Of a DNA stretch of 64,000 nt, positions 1 through 15,300 are shown in pieces. Source of the DNA: Setoptus koraiensis (taxonomy: Eukaryota > Animalia > Arthropoda). The stretch lies in the NCBI GenBank assembly GCA_048013815.1, contig CM106586.1:15748001-15812000 (forward strand), in the 5' to 3' direction. The notes beneath the pieces were generated by a model. It did not search any database and was not told the origin of the DNA. It saw only the letters and a list, made by a program, of their open reading frames with translations. Every line of letters begins with the position of its first letter. Within the stretch, counting starts at the first letter, position 1. Both the position numbers and the translations under genes were made by a program.

Positions 1-420
1 ACCAACCCAGAAAGCTATTCTCAATATATTTGCGATTAGTTGAGTTAAACAAACATATGTAGAGAAACCAGAGCAGCTCTGGTTGCGATAAATAGTGCGG
101 TATTGGGGAACATAGGGTAATAAGCAACCTATTATCACAGCGGTGGAACTAGAGTAATCTAATATCGTATAAAGCAATTTGATATTGTCAGGCGACATAA
201 GAAAGTTTGATGATCCGTCTGTCGTAGATGAACCATTGTTGGGGTTTGTTGTTTCATATAGTGAGGAACTTAATGTTTGATTATCAAATAAATCTCCTGT
301 TCGGGTTCCATTGATTGGTCCAAGTTCTGGTGAGGGCAGTATATCTAGAATTGGATTATCGCCGGATGTACTATTAATAGTTGTTGGTGAGGTATCATAA
401 ATAGTCTCCTTTGAGTCCAT
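1..420 (-). CDS. PQLC1: PQ-loop repeat transporter, PQLC1/SLC66A2-like, 5' part only (runs off the window edge)
   Basis: Manual translation from ATG at 420 gives 140 open codons: MDSKETIYDTSPTTINSTSG...AVIIGCLLPYVPQYRTIYRNQSCSGFSTYVCLTQLIANILRIAFWVG. The PYxPQY...GFSTYVCL..L+ANILRI.FW.G pattern is the first PQ loop of PQLC1. Not in the ORF track because no stop lies in the window. Confidence 0.88.
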   Translation of the reverse strand, partial: MDSKETIYDTSPTTINSTSGDNPILDILPSPELGPINGTRTGDLFDNQTLSSSLYETTNPNNGSSTTDGSSNFLMSPDNIKLLYTILDYSSSTAVIIGCLLPYVPQYRTIYRNQSCSGFSTYVCLTQLIANILRIAFWVG

Positions 421-3400
421 GTTGAACCCAAATTTCGCCTGCGAGGTTCAACCAGTAATTGCCAGTAGGATGATGGTGTCTAGTGAGTGATGATGTGGTA
501 AGTGTGTTGTGATGATAAATTACAAATAATAGTAGAATGGCAAATCGTGACTCATTTCCGACATCATCGATGATACAGTTTTAATAGTGTGCTAGTATGG
601 CGATTATTGGCAACATAAAATGCCAAGTCTATCAATCCGTGATATGTGTGTGTGTGTAATGCGCTCTAGATAGTGTCTTTTTTCACTAGTTTCTGTAAGA
701 TTTATGCTTAGTCACTATTGGTCACAATACTGAGGATAGTAGGTTATTGACAAACGAATTATTCGAAGTAAGATTCTCCATTAAATGATTAGTATAGTTT
801 GCAAACATGTTTGATGAGTAGTTGTTGTAGTGTGTATATGTTTATGCGTGAGTGTGTGTTGGTGTGTATCTCTATGACGGATAACTTTCTGTCAATAGCA
901 TCTGGTGATTGAGTTGTTTGTGTGTTGAGTAGTAGTCACAGTAAAAGTTCAATTATCCTTGTCCAAACACTACAACTATAAATCGTGTATTAGCCGTGAT
1001 TATCTGTTTGTAGCCAGTTAGCTAACAGTTTTTTGTTTCACACCGTGTAGCAATGGTGTTGCTGTTGTCGCAAATATCGCAATGTGTTGGCAATAGTAAA
1101 GTCAGTCTTTGACAAGCATCTGTGTCTATTTGTATGTGTCTATTGAATTTTTACAATACGTATAGAATTTCCAGTAGTAGCAATGGCACTGGTAATAGTA
1201 GTGGTGATAGTTTTTTCTCCATGATACATCAGCCGTGATACATTGGATTGGTTTGTGTTCTATTATTAGTATTTCAGTATTGTTGTCGTTGTTGTTGTTG
1301 TTGTTGACTAGAGTGTATATTTCTGAGAGTGTAATCGGCCTAAAACAATATTGTTGCCGTTGTTGTTGTTTTTGCAGCAATAAACGAAATGAATTTTTCC
1401 CTCTAGGAATGAAAGGGTACCTGGGCGACCTTGAGTTTCGCTTGAGCTTTCAATAAAATGTGCTCGCTGATTGATACATAGTCGTGAGAATGCCGTCGGA
1501 CCAATGTAATTACATAGGTAGGTGACTTTTCTTTTCTTCTTCTCTCCTTTGTCTAAAATAGCATGTATCGTGCGCTGGTCGGCCTATCAAGTGTCCGCAC
1601 CGAATAAAGCTGAAGCTATTTTAATCCGGCGGCACGTCGCAGCGTTCAGTGTTTAGTGTGTGTGTGTGTGTTGAATAAATGTTGTGAGGTAAATGCCAGA
1701 ACGTCACGTTGGATGATGGTGTCTGACAACCGCACCGATGATTATTACCTGGCGACAAACGTATAATGGCCGGGGAATAACCTCAGCTATTACTATTTTG
1801 TTGTTGTTGTTGTTGATTTATTTATTTTTTATTCTGATTATGGCTGCTAATACGACGATAGGTTGCTCCTGTTTACCAGACAGGCTGTGTGTGTGTGTGT
1901 GCGTGATAACTGTTGTTTGTGCAACTCACTTGTTAGTGCTCGATATCTGTCTATGCTCGTTGGTACGTCCGTTCGCTCGCTCGCTCGTTTAGCCGTGTTC
2001 TCGTTCAATCTCGGCGAATTATCTTGCTGTCAATTATTCCCGCTCTTCCCCCGTAGTCGTCGATAATATCTATTATTGTGGCAAATAAATTATTTGCAAT
2101 TGTATGCGAGCGCTCGGTTTGTTGCCACGAACAGCCAAGTGTCGAGTGCTATGTGTGTCTCCAATCCTCAACTATTGACACCACCGCTACACTCAAACTG
2201 AAATGTCTAACTGCATAGTTACTCTCGTCGTCGTCGTTGTTGTTGTTAATGATGGCAAGCTTATTATTTATCTAGAGCAAAAGTGGTTGCTAGCGTACGT
2301 ACAAGTTGTGATGGTGCCAACAACCAAGTGGCTCTTTCTGGCTTGTGCTATATGCAATTTATTCTCATTTTGGCCTGTTCATTATTTTTTTGTTGCTCGC
2401 TGCACAATACACACACATCTGATCAGATATAGCGGCCCACGACACAGTGCCTACACGACGGAGCAGATCAAGTGCTGATATAGCGGCTCATGTAATGCTG
2501 TTGGTATGCGCCCAACCAATGCTAATTATCGTACAAACCTCTCCAGTTTTATCTGTTTTCTTCCATTTCTACACTGCTCTAGCTAGATGACTCTAAACAT
2601 GGCATAAATTTTCGCTCGCATGCATCGCATTAATTGAATAAACAGACTCACAACGGTGCACATACACGCACAAACTCACGCTCTATTCACTGTTATCTTG
2701 TGGCGACTATGCCATACTCAAGTGCATATTGTTGTTCAAGTTTTGTTTCATCATATACGCATGTCCCTAACTCGCTGGCTCGTGCTAAACGAGTGCACGT
2801 TAAAGTTCAAAAGCACCCAACAACAACAAACTACCCTACGTGGTGTCCTATCGTGCAACGATTCGACGACCCCCGTCGCATCCATACAACCTCATTACAG
2901 ATTCCTAAACATTATACAAATATATGGTTGGCCCAAATCACCGTCCACATGCTCACTTATGGATGCGGCGCGGGGTGCGACGCGCCTATACGAAACAGCT
3001 CGCACCATCTCTGTCGGCAATGCGCTCTCACGTTCTGATTGGCCGCATGTTCCACGTAGACCATTCTTTTCCGCCAACAAAACCGATCGATCGATTTGGG
3101 TGCCTAAACCGATCCATCAATAGATGGACTATAGTCCCAGACGAATAATCATAACGCCTCGTTGTGATATGGTCTGCTCCGATGCAGTCACTGATCTCAT
3201 CATAGTATCTCTGGGCGGTCATAGAGCGAGAGGCAGAAATGGTTTTAGTCTTAATCTGATGGCTTATAGTTTATGGTTGTCGACAGGCTAGTTTCAAGCG
3301 AAATTTTATTGATTGTAGCGTCACCAATGCAATTGGTTGTTTGCCAAGCTAGTTTACACCAAGAATAAATCGCAATCTGTTTGACCCCTCGACTGACACA

Positions 3401-3508
3401 CACACACGTTCACACACACACGCAAACACACTTGCCCCCTAGCGCACAACATATAAAATGCTGTTGTGGCATGGGTGCATGTGGTTGCCGTAGATAACCT
3501 GCAGGCGT

Positions 3509-3922
<414 letters not shown>

Positions 3923-4739
3923 TCAAATGAATATTTATGGTCAATTTTAATTAAATAGTAGCGATAATAATCATAAATTATATAATAATGATGATAATAA
4001 TTGAGTTGTGGCCAGTAGCACAATCGTTCTGAATGCAGTCGACTCGATGCAGCCGTATTTTGATCGAGTGTGCGTCTCAAATGCACAATGCTTGATACTT
4101 CCTAATCCTTATGCGCATGCTCTGAACGTTATAAGCGCTTATTTCAAATACAAAAAAGAAAAAAATTCGGCGACTCCTATTTTTTGTTGTTGTTGTTACC
4201 AGAGCAACAGCTACTATTAGAAAGAATGTTGACAACAACAGCAACACCAACAACCACGGCCACAACAATTCTGAAACGGCAATTTCCACTGACACTTGGC
4301 ATTATAGTTGTAGCTGAAGTTGTTGCAGTGGCCTTATGGTATACAACTATTGCAACAACTACAACAACATCAACAAACTAAACTGCCATGAATGTATAAT
4401 GATTGCACAAAATTTTCTCTCATTTGCTTTTGTTATGTAATAAAATCAACAACTGGAACCACCGCCCAACAACCAGGTGAATCTAGTTACAAGTGTATTA
4501 GTCATTTCGAAAGAGCGAGCGACAGACAGTCGGAGAGACAAGCTGCGAAGCTCCATTAAATGATTCGTTTCAATATTTATACTCTACTTTATCATCCAAT
4601 TTCAAGACATCGTCATAATAAGAATAATAATACTAATAATTTTGTCGTTCATCACCAAAAAAGAAAGCCTAGTGAAAACCAGTGCCCATACCAGTCACAA
4701 AGTGCAACTCAAACTACAATATTGCAACAACAGTAATAA

Positions 4740-5239
4740 NNNNNNNNNNNNNNNNNNNNNNNNNNNNNNNNNNNNNNNNNNNNNNNNNNNNNNNNNNNNN
4801 NNNNNNNNNNNNNNNNNNNNNNNNNNNNNNNNNNNNNNNNNNNNNNNNNNNNNNNNNNNNNNNNNNNNNNNNNNNNNNNNNNNNNNNNNNNNNNNNNNNN
4901 NNNNNNNNNNNNNNNNNNNNNNNNNNNNNNNNNNNNNNNNNNNNNNNNNNNNNNNNNNNNNNNNNNNNNNNNNNNNNNNNNNNNNNNNNNNNNNNNNNNN
5001 NNNNNNNNNNNNNNNNNNNNNNNNNNNNNNNNNNNNNNNNNNNNNNNNNNNNNNNNNNNNNNNNNNNNNNNNNNNNNNNNNNNNNNNNNNNNNNNNNNNN
5101 NNNNNNNNNNNNNNNNNNNNNNNNNNNNNNNNNNNNNNNNNNNNNNNNNNNNNNNNNNNNNNNNNNNNNNNNNNNNNNNNNNNNNNNNNNNNNNNNNNNN
5201 NNNNNNNNNNNNNNNNNNNNNNNNNNNNNNNNNNNNNNN
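4740..5239. other. Assembly gap (500 N)
   Basis: Run of exactly 500 N, so probably a placeholder length. It hides the start of myosin VI. Confidence 0.99.
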
Positions 5240-6323
5240 TCCCTACTCTTCCGTGTATCCATGTGAAGTAGAGGACGACAAAGACAAGGATGATAATTGT
5301 AAGTGGCAAAGTTTTTTGCGTTCTTGGCATTATCACAAGAATTCAATTGTTTATTTCTGGATTGTTGTTGCTGTCGAAAAAGAGGAAAAAGCAACAATCC
5401 ATAAAGAAAAATATTTCTCCATCTATACCAATCATGCTAAGTTTTGGCTAAAAGTGTGCTTGAACAGCATCAACAACAGATTGAGGATAACATTGGAGCA
5501 TAGCATTATGTAAAAATTGTCTTGATACAGAAAGCATTGCAACTTTTTTGATACTAGATTGTGTCGTGACTTTTTGTCACACAAATAGTCCAAAACAATT
5601 TAATCTCCTCTACGTCTACTTAGAATATCAAGTTGCTACTACTACCGGACGACTTGGCTAGCAACAATTTTGTTACAAGCAATGCTTGCTATTTGATAGA
5701 ATTGGTTATGGTCAGAACATCGAGAGAGGGAGAGAGAGAGAGGGAGAAACGACAGCAAAAGACTAGTTTTTGCGACTGGTTGCATTGCCACCCAGAGACG
5801 TTAACTTGGTAACTTTCATGACTCATTGAATACCAATTTCCTCTAATATCATTTCCTCGTCATCATACTCACATGTCACTCGAAAATCATCATCAGGCTC
5901 CTTGATACACCTGAACGAGGCGAGCCTGCTGGAGAATCTCAGGATACGCTTTCACAGAGACAAGATCTATGTAAGTTTACACAACAAGGTTGCAATAAAC
6001 TACTCTTTGAACTCCAAACACCCACCCACCCTGAACATACTGACAATAATAATTAATTACGATTCCGATTCACACACACATTACAATTTTGGTAGACCTA
6101 TGTGGCACATATATTAATAGCTGTGAATCCTTACACGGAAATAGCTGGTTTACATTCGCCACAGGCTATAGAAAAGTACCAAGGAAAATCGTTGGGTACA
6201 ATGCCACCCCATGTCTTTGCCATCGGTAAGTTATGTTTAGGCCCACTTAGAGGTCTATTGACTGATGAAATTAATCAATTTATTGTATCTCGATAGTATT
6301 GCCCGTATGGTGGCTAGAATCTG

Positions 6324-6360
<37 letters not shown>

Positions 6361-9300
6361 CGAAGGGGATACATTGTTTGTTGTCTGGTTTGTTGCCGTG
6401 GCCTGATTATGGGATACACACACACACACAAATGGAGAGAAGAAGACTTGGGAGAGAAACAGGAGAAGAAGGAGGAGGAGAGGAGAAAAGAATAAAGAGA
6501 CAGGTAGAGAGAAAGAACTAATTTACTCATACTTATAAGCTGGCTAGTGGATATAGTGGCACACAATAGATCCTGCAACAACAACAACAAATACAATTCA
6601 ACAAAGGCTCCTGATCTATCTAACTCTCTTGACATTTCTCTGTCTCAGAAGATTCCACCTGAGAGAGCTCAGGCTAGCAGTAGTGGCAGTGGTAGTAATT
6701 TGAAAGGTAGCAGTAGTGTAAGGAACACAATGATTGGACGAATACATTCTTTTTCACTCGAGTGCCTGCGCGAACAATGGCCCTAAGAAGCAATGCTCTA
6801 CTAGTCTGAGAGTGGCCGACATTCTCTCTCATTCGGCTCTGCCTCACCAACTGGATAACTCTCTGCACTTGTACTCTAACAATATGTCTGCTGTGTACAT
6901 CAGCAGTAAGTCACAATGAAGTTCAGCATGCACCAGAACAGCCGAATTCTGCAGTTCTCTCTACAGTTAATTTGTACAGTCGGCGCAAATGCAGAACTAG
7001 CTAACCAGAGAAAGAACTGGCGAAATAACGAAACAAGATTCTTTATCAATAGCTATTCCTGTTGTTGCTCAACAGTGAGACCGTTCTTATGGTAGTGACC
7101 GTCAATAGTTAGCTGTTATCTTCGTGTACATGGTGTTGTTGTTGTTGCTCTGCGAATCCTCGGCCGTCGTTCGCTAGTCGCTGTTGCTTGTTGGTACGTC
7201 GAAACTCGCAATCAGCATCAACTAGTCAACATGTTGTTGTTGTTGCTGCTGCTGAATATTTCCATTTAGTCATTAGTCGTTGCTGCAAATGAAACTAAAA
7301 AAAAAAGCCTGCTATTCAATTTCTTCAACAATATGATAAGATGATGAGAAAAGCTGATGAAGTGTCTTAAATTTTCAAATGGGCTAGCAACTCATCAAGA
7401 CCAACTGCTGCCAACGATGTAAACTAGTCAGTTGTTGTGTTGTTCGAGTGTGTTCCGAACTGTTAGCCTTCTTGTACCTACTATGTTGCCTCGCTAATAA
7501 ATGTGTATCATACACATAATACCTTTGGCATGCTACTGTAGGAACGGTGATTATGCTTTTCCTTCTCTATCTCTCTTAAACTCTCTGACTTCTTCTAATC
7601 TTGTTAACTTGTTTAATACACTAACTATGATATAATTGAGATGGCTGTTGTGTAATGTTATTGTGAGTGCTGATTTTGTGATGGCCCCAACTTGCATGAA
7701 AGAGCAGCTGCCAATGTTCATCAGAATCGATTGTGAGAATGATTTAGCAACAACAACAAGTAGGTGTAATATACTCGCAGCAACAATCAAAACGTTACAC
7801 TAAATTATCATGAGGCTTGACATGTGCCTCAGATCATTCGAAAGCACTACCTATGAGCTCTACATACCTTCTGTATGTATATATACATATATACAACAAG
7901 TTTATTCACACAAGACCATGATGACATGCCAAGACACGACGGAATCATGATACACGACGACGAATCATTCAACAAACATATTATAGTATGATGTATGAGT
8001 AAATGTTTCAAGATGTTTTCATGTCAGTAAACATGGACAAGATAAAAGTATTTACAGCTATTTTGTTATTACTTTGTAGTGTGTGCTCTTCTATATCGAC
8101 TCTATATATTATAGAGTTGTTAATGGAACAAGAGCAACAGCAGCTGCAATTCTGATCATCATGGTGGCAACACAAATTGTTGCCGAGACATTAGATAGTA
8201 AACATTTACAGCAACAACAACAAACTCGAAACTCGCTTGGGTCAACCTGGTGGTGCAGTTTATCTTTTTGGATCTGCAGTCATAGAAACTTACGAAAACG
8301 AATTGATCGAGTTTCGTGATTGCGCTTTGAACACTTTGATTAATTCCGTTTATATCCTCTATATCGAGCCATCGATTGTTTAAATCTTGCCCGCTTGATA
8401 CTCTCAAAACACACCCAATTACCCTTGCCTCGTTGCAAACAACACAAATCTTTTGCCTTCTTTCAAATGATCATCGTGTCGTCGTTCTTACATCGCACCT
8501 CAATTAACACCAATTTTCTAATGCTAGCCTCACGGAGCCTTCATTGACTATATCCGTGGCTCGTTTCCCTCTTATCTCTTGTATTTTTCATGTGATTTTT
8601 AACTCTTTATATCTATGGTCGGTAGAATATATTTATTCTACTAATAGATACATTCTAATAACCATACGTAACTTTCCAAATTACGTAACTTCACTTCAAA
8701 CTGTAGTTGGTGGCTAGTCTAGCATTAAGTTTAAAGTATGCATCACTTGGTGACTAACGCAACAAACCTAACGATTTTCCAACAGGCTGTAATAGAACAT
8801 TGTTCATGCATTGTACTACAGTGGATAGAGATAGATGATGCAAACAACAATTGAGAGCTTATTTGCATAGTCTGTATTCACCTGCTTAGATCGATTTGTC
8901 TCGCTTCATTAGTCGCCCATCGCTGCATGAATTTGAACCATCAATAACACAAGTCTCTTTTTTTTTCTCTCTCCCTCTTCACCTATACTATCACCAAATT
9001 ACCAAACAAACAATCATCCCCACAGCCGATAAAGCTTACAGAGATATGAAGGCTCTCAAACAAAGTCAATCTATTATAATAAGTGGAGAAAGTGGAGCAG
9101 GTAAGTCTTGTTATCAAAATTAAATGTTAGTCGGTGTGCATGTGTTCATGTTATAGAGTAAAGTGTATGGGAGCACCATCATCATTTGTCCAATCATCTA
9201 AATGGATGTTGCATAATTTTGCTCTCGAATCAATCAACCTGATGACGACTCGTCATTGACGACGGAGGTAACGGTAGCCGTGGTAACCAATCGAAAAACG

Positions 9301-12300
9301 ACAACACAAAAGCCATTATTATTATTAGAATCAAAATAGTAACTGCACTACTAATGGTGAGATAGTCTAGACCATAAATGATTGAGCCATTGATCAAGGT
9401 TATCCTCACGAATGGGGCAGCGATTGGGACACAATTTTGAATGCTTTTCGCTTATAAAGGGAGACAGAAGGCAGTTTTCTTCCTCTGCAATGTATGGATA
9501 TTTTAATGATTATCATAGAAACAGAAACGAGAGGAATTACTTCGAACCTCGATAGTGTCTCTGACGTGTCCTTCATTAACTCTGTCTTTCCCATTGTGAC
9601 CAACAGTGTTCTTGGTTCCAACTTGGCTCTGGGTAGAAACTAAGGATTGCTGCCTGCATCCAACAGCGAGACTAATTCTCACCATTCTCTAGTGGCTACA
9701 GTTTGAGGCAAAAACTTATCTGAGTTATCATTTTGATTAGTATACATCAATGGATGCTTTATCCATAGTTTGCCATGCGATTGCATTCATCTTGTAATGT
9801 TGCCTCTCATATCGTGATGATCACCATTTAATAGAGTCCACCATTTTTTATCCATTGACCAATCTGGCTTTTGATCGGGTGCATAATCTATGAATAATTA
9901 ACAGCAAGTTATTGCTCTTTGTTGCCTCGTACCAACTTGTGACTGTTACGCATCTATATAATCCTTCTATATTCATACATGATGTAATCTGTGTGAATTA
10001 CGATAATTTTAGCGTGCCACAATGACCAACTATTGTGAAAACCAATCATTTCATGAAGTTCATGGCTCATCGATATCAATTTATGTTATTGCATTGATAT
10101 TGGACGTTAGATTGGTCGGATTAGTTCAAAATGCCTGTGCCATTTATTTACGAGATTGTATTGCTTCAGGTCAATGTTATCTGTCTAATATACAGTGTCT
10201 ACATTGCAACTAATCGAATGATTTCACTTTATTAGACCGCCATCGTCTAGCTTGACTTGACCCCTATTATACTTGTTGCGAGGAAAAAGAAGTCTCCAGG
10301 ATAAATAACTTGCTTTCTGTTGTTGTTCATGGTTGTTGTATTTAGATAGAGAGCAGATTTCTCTGTTCAGGCTAGCGTCACATTGTCTAACATATAATAA
10401 ATTTACGATGATACGATGAGAAACTGGTAGATTTAACTGAAATCTAGCCAATTGTGCATGTCCTATGTTCATCAGTGTAATATGTAATTAGACTCCAACA
10501 TGCTAACAAGGCAGCCCTAACCAAATAACTACCTATTTTTGGTCAGTCATAATGGTTCATAGTTAATAGTTGAAGTTTCACGTAAAGCTGTAAAGTTGTT
10601 GATAACAACAACAAAAAACAACACTCAAACAACTTGGATTCACACCTCGAAAAGTCAAATGACTTTTTTGTTTATTCAGAGGCATGAGTCATCTTTTTTT
10701 TCTCTCTCACTCCCTTTTACATGTATTCACTTATGCTTGTGTGTAAAACCAGCAACCTTCAAATTGTATAATCAACTCTCTATTGTTTCTTATTTCATTT
10801 CGATGCTCATTCGACAATCAAACTTTTGAAATCTCTCGAAACTGCTCGGTAAATTTCTGGCGGTCGTCTCACAATAAACTACCAGACTAAACCAAAAGAA
10901 AGAAAAGAACCACTACTGCAACTACTAGAGCAGCTAAGTCTGTTGTTGTGTGACAGTAGCAGAGAGATTAATCTAGATGGCCAGATGGATAGAAGAAGCT
11001 GCCACAGGCGAATATCGAGGTCGCACATTTGCGCATAGGAGACTCATAACTTGATTTTGACGAGTGTGAGATAGTAGATACTTAATGGTTTTATTCTCGT
11101 CTTCATATATTATCTGTTCGGATAATATTGAGGTTCACGCCATACTAGTGCGTATTATTTGTCCGTTTTCAGTTAGACGTTGGGTTCAAGCCTGTTCGAT
11201 TGCAACGTGAGTATGAATCTCTGGTCTTATCGCTTAATCAAAGTTCTTCTGACATTTGATCGTGCTGTTGTGGGAGGTTGTTCGTTCGTTCGCTACGATG
11301 ATCCTACCTTCAGCTCATCAGATTTATTTGATCATTAGTTTGGCATAATTGATTTGAGATATCTTATGAGTGGTTAGTTAGAGTTTCATGTGGTGGCCGA
11401 AAGCCACACACGATCATCATGCCTTGATGATCATGGTGGTACAATCTTGATTATAAAAGAGAATCAGAATATCAATCATTGGTGGCTGACCGAACTCGTT
11501 GAGCACAATCAGAATTTTCCCTACTCGATTGAACACCTCCGCAACTTGAACTTATTACTGCTATTATTGTTGTTGTTAACTCACACATACACACCCTTTA
11601 ACGCCTTCTCTACTCCATACGAAATTCTTCCACCAATTATTCATCTTGAAAATATTTAGGCAAAACTGAGTCACAGAAATACGTTCTCAGATATCTCTGT
11701 TTGAGTGGATCTCAATCTGGAAGATTGGAAAAATTAATCCTAGATGGTAGGTGCTATTAGCGTGTCACCCTTTTTGCTCTAATCCAACTGATAAACGGTC
11801 GTTGTGATAACGAGCGTTTCTTTGGTTAGCTTGATTCTTTTCTTTGCACATGGCCTGTTTAAGGAACAACATTATTAACTTGCAAATTGTTGTATAACTA
11901 TAACTGTTGCTTTTGTCCAGCTAACCCATTACTTGAGGCCTTTGGAAATGCCAAGACGATCAGGAATAATAACAGTAGTAGATTTGGCAAGTTCATTGAA
12001 ATCCACTACAATAACAAAGTGAGTATAACGATCATAATAGTAATAATTCATGTAATATAATTGTCCGTTTATGTAATAATGGCCGATCTGACCTGACCAT
12101 TCTGTCCGGCACTATCCGAATGTTGTCGCCTGACTAAGCCGATCCGGCCGATTTCTCGAAGATTTGAATAATTCGCGCCAATTACTCATTCGCGCTCTTT
12201 AGCACGCGATCAACGTAATGCAATTTGTCTTAATCAAGGCAAAGTTTAACAATATCCTCGTTTTAATAACCATGTTTTTATTGTTTTAATATATATCATA

Positions 12301-15300
12301 TTCCCTACGTAATCACGACAACATTGACTGATAGTTTAATGTTAGCGGCGGACTGTTCTTCCATTATTTATTGGAGAAGTCAAGAATATGTTGCCAATCT
12401 CCCGGAGAGAGGAATTATCATATATTTTACCAGCTTTGTTGCTGCTTGCCTGGTCCATTATGGCAACAGTTGGAATTAGGATCGCCGGATAAATTTCACT
12501 ATCTGAATGGTGGATGCACACAATATTTTTGTTCTCATGAAAACGACAGTAGTCTGGATGCCAACAGAAAATCGGCGCATCATGTTAAATTTGGGGCTAT
12601 ACAAGATCAATTGATCGACGATATCAAATGCTACCAGCAAACCGATAGGGCCCTCACGAATTTTGGAGTAACTGAGGAGCAAAAACTCACTATTTACTCT
12701 ATAGTGGCAGCTGTGTTGCATTTAGGCAATGTTACTTTCGAGGATGACTTGGAGGACAGCAAAGGAGGCTGTCGGGTGTCCGCCAGTTCTGAGCAATCGC
12801 TCAAAACTGCGGCCCGCCTATGTGGTCTAGATAAAGATCAACTGCGCCAGAGTCTAGTCAGTAGGATTATGTCAACGTCAAGAGGGGGTCATAAGGGAAC
12901 CATTTATATGGTTCAATTGAGCGCTTTGCAAGCTCAAGCTGCCAGAGATGCCTTAGCCAAGGCAATATATTCAAAACTATTCGATCATATTGTAACTAAG
13001 ATAGTCAATAAGACTATACCATTTACATCATCGTCCTACTATATTGGTGTGTTAGATGTTGCGGGATTTGAGTACTTCCAGCACAACAGCTTTGAGCAAT
13101 TTTTGATAAACTTTTGTAATGAAAAGTTGCAACAATTCTTCAATCAGCGTATTCTAAAAGAAGAGCAAATGATATATGAAAAAGAAGGACTGAACCTGAA
13201 GAAGATAGACTTTATAGACAATCAAGACTGTTTAGATTTACTTGAAACAAAAGGCGTGGGTATATTCGATTTGCTGGATGAGGAGTCGCGTCTACCCAAA
13301 CCAAGCGCTCAACATTTTACTCAGAGTGTACATCAATCAAACAAGAATCACTTCAGATTGGCTGTTCCACGATCAAGCAAATTAAAATATCATAGAGAGA
13401 TTAGAGATGACGAAGGCTTCTTGATAAGACACTTTGCAGGAGCTGTCTGCTACGAGACAAATTCATTCATAGACAAGAACAACGACGCTTTACATGCTTC
13501 TTTAAAAAATCTCATGCTAGAAGCCCAAAACGAACTATTGAGGGGTCTGTTTGATCAAGGCGAATCGACAGCTCCACAAGCACCCAATCTAATCAATACT
13601 GGTCACGTCAGTCAGCATTCCTCAAATAAATTGAATTTCATCAGTGTTGGAACAACATTCAGAACGCAATTGAACGATTTGATGAGTAAGCTTAGATCGA
13701 CTGGCTCTCATTTTATAAGATGTATCAAGCCCAACTCAGAAATGGTGGCGCACAAATTTGAAGGCGGCCAAATATTATCTCAACTTCGATGCTCAGGTAT
13801 GAATTCTGTCCTCCAGCTTATGCAACAAGGCTTCCCGTCTAGATCATCGTTCAACGATCTATATGCATCTTACAAGGGATATCTGCCAAGCGATTTGGCT
13901 CGCTTAGATAGCCATTTGTTTTGTCGCGCGCTATTCAAGGCGATTGGTTTAAATGACAACGATTTTAGATTTGGAAGCTCCAAAGTATTCTTCAGGCCAG
14001 GTAAATTTTCGGAATTTGATCAAATAATCAGATCGGATGGAGAGCACGTGGCTGAATTGGTGAAACGTGTCAGTTACTGGTTGGTTTGTTCTCGGTGGCG
14101 AAAAGCACAGTATTGTTCATTGTCAGTGATAAAATTGAAAAACAAGATCCTTTATCGGCGTGAGGTTATTGTCAAGATTCAACAGAATTGGAGAATGGCG
14201 ATTATGTTGGACAAATTTAAGTTTAGATTGAATACTATTGTTAAGGCAAAGAAAATATTAGTAAGTTTGAATGAGTTGGAGGCTATAACAAAACAGCTCA
14301 AACAGAATGATGAACGTTCCAGAATCGCTGCCCAAATTAAATTGTTGAGACAAGAGCTAGATCAACTGATTGAGCGGACCCGCTCAGAAATTCAATCAAT
14401 TCAAAATTTACAAACTAAAGGAGCCAATAGCAAGGAGTCTAAGGAGAAGATGAGCCAACAATTGGCCTCTTTGACAAATCAACGCGATGAATTAGTAATG
14501 TCGATAAAAGATAAAATAGCTAAGCAAGATGAATTATCCAAGTTGCAAAAGAAAATGGCTGAGGAGGCTAGATTGAGAAATGAAGAGGAACTACAGCGAA
14601 AACGAGAAGACGAAATGAAACAACAGAGGGCCGAGATAGAATTAAGGCGTCAGATGGAGGTGTCGAGATTACAGACTAGCTCAAACAATAAATCAACGGA
14701 CACTCGTGGCAAGTCATCCAAAATTGATGTTGAAAATCTGTTACAGTTATGTCAACAGCAGCAGGCTATGCAAGATGATCAAGAGCAACGAGATTATGAA
14801 ATTGCATTGAGGTTGGCTCAGGAATCTGATGCAACGGCCGCACTAAATCAAGTGGCGCAATCGTCGGCAGTGTCACCTTTGGGCTCGTCTTCGTCATATA
14901 ATTCAGCAAATGGAACGCCAACTAGCGGTCTAGCAGCGGCTCCAAACAACAGCAAATATGACCTATCTAAGTGGAAATATTCAGATTTACGAGACACAAT
15001 AAACACTTCATGTGATCTAGAGTTGTTAGAGGCGTGCAAAAGAGAATTCCATCGACGTCTCAAAGTGTATCACGCTTGGAAATCGAAACATTCGAGAATA
15101 AATGGTGATTATGAAGAACGAGCACCCTTTAGTGTAATGCAAGATGGCTTTAGCAGTGCCGACTTGGACAAGTCGCTTGAATCATTGAAGAATGGCAACA
15201 ATGAACAACGTTTCTTTCGTATTCCTTTCGTTAAGCCCTCAGCAACAACTGGTCAACGTGGTTGGTGGTTTGCACATTTCGATGGACAATGGATAGCTAG

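Noticed and set aside
4642-5397. ORFs of about 200 aa spanning the gap
   Set aside because: Artefacts of translating N as X.
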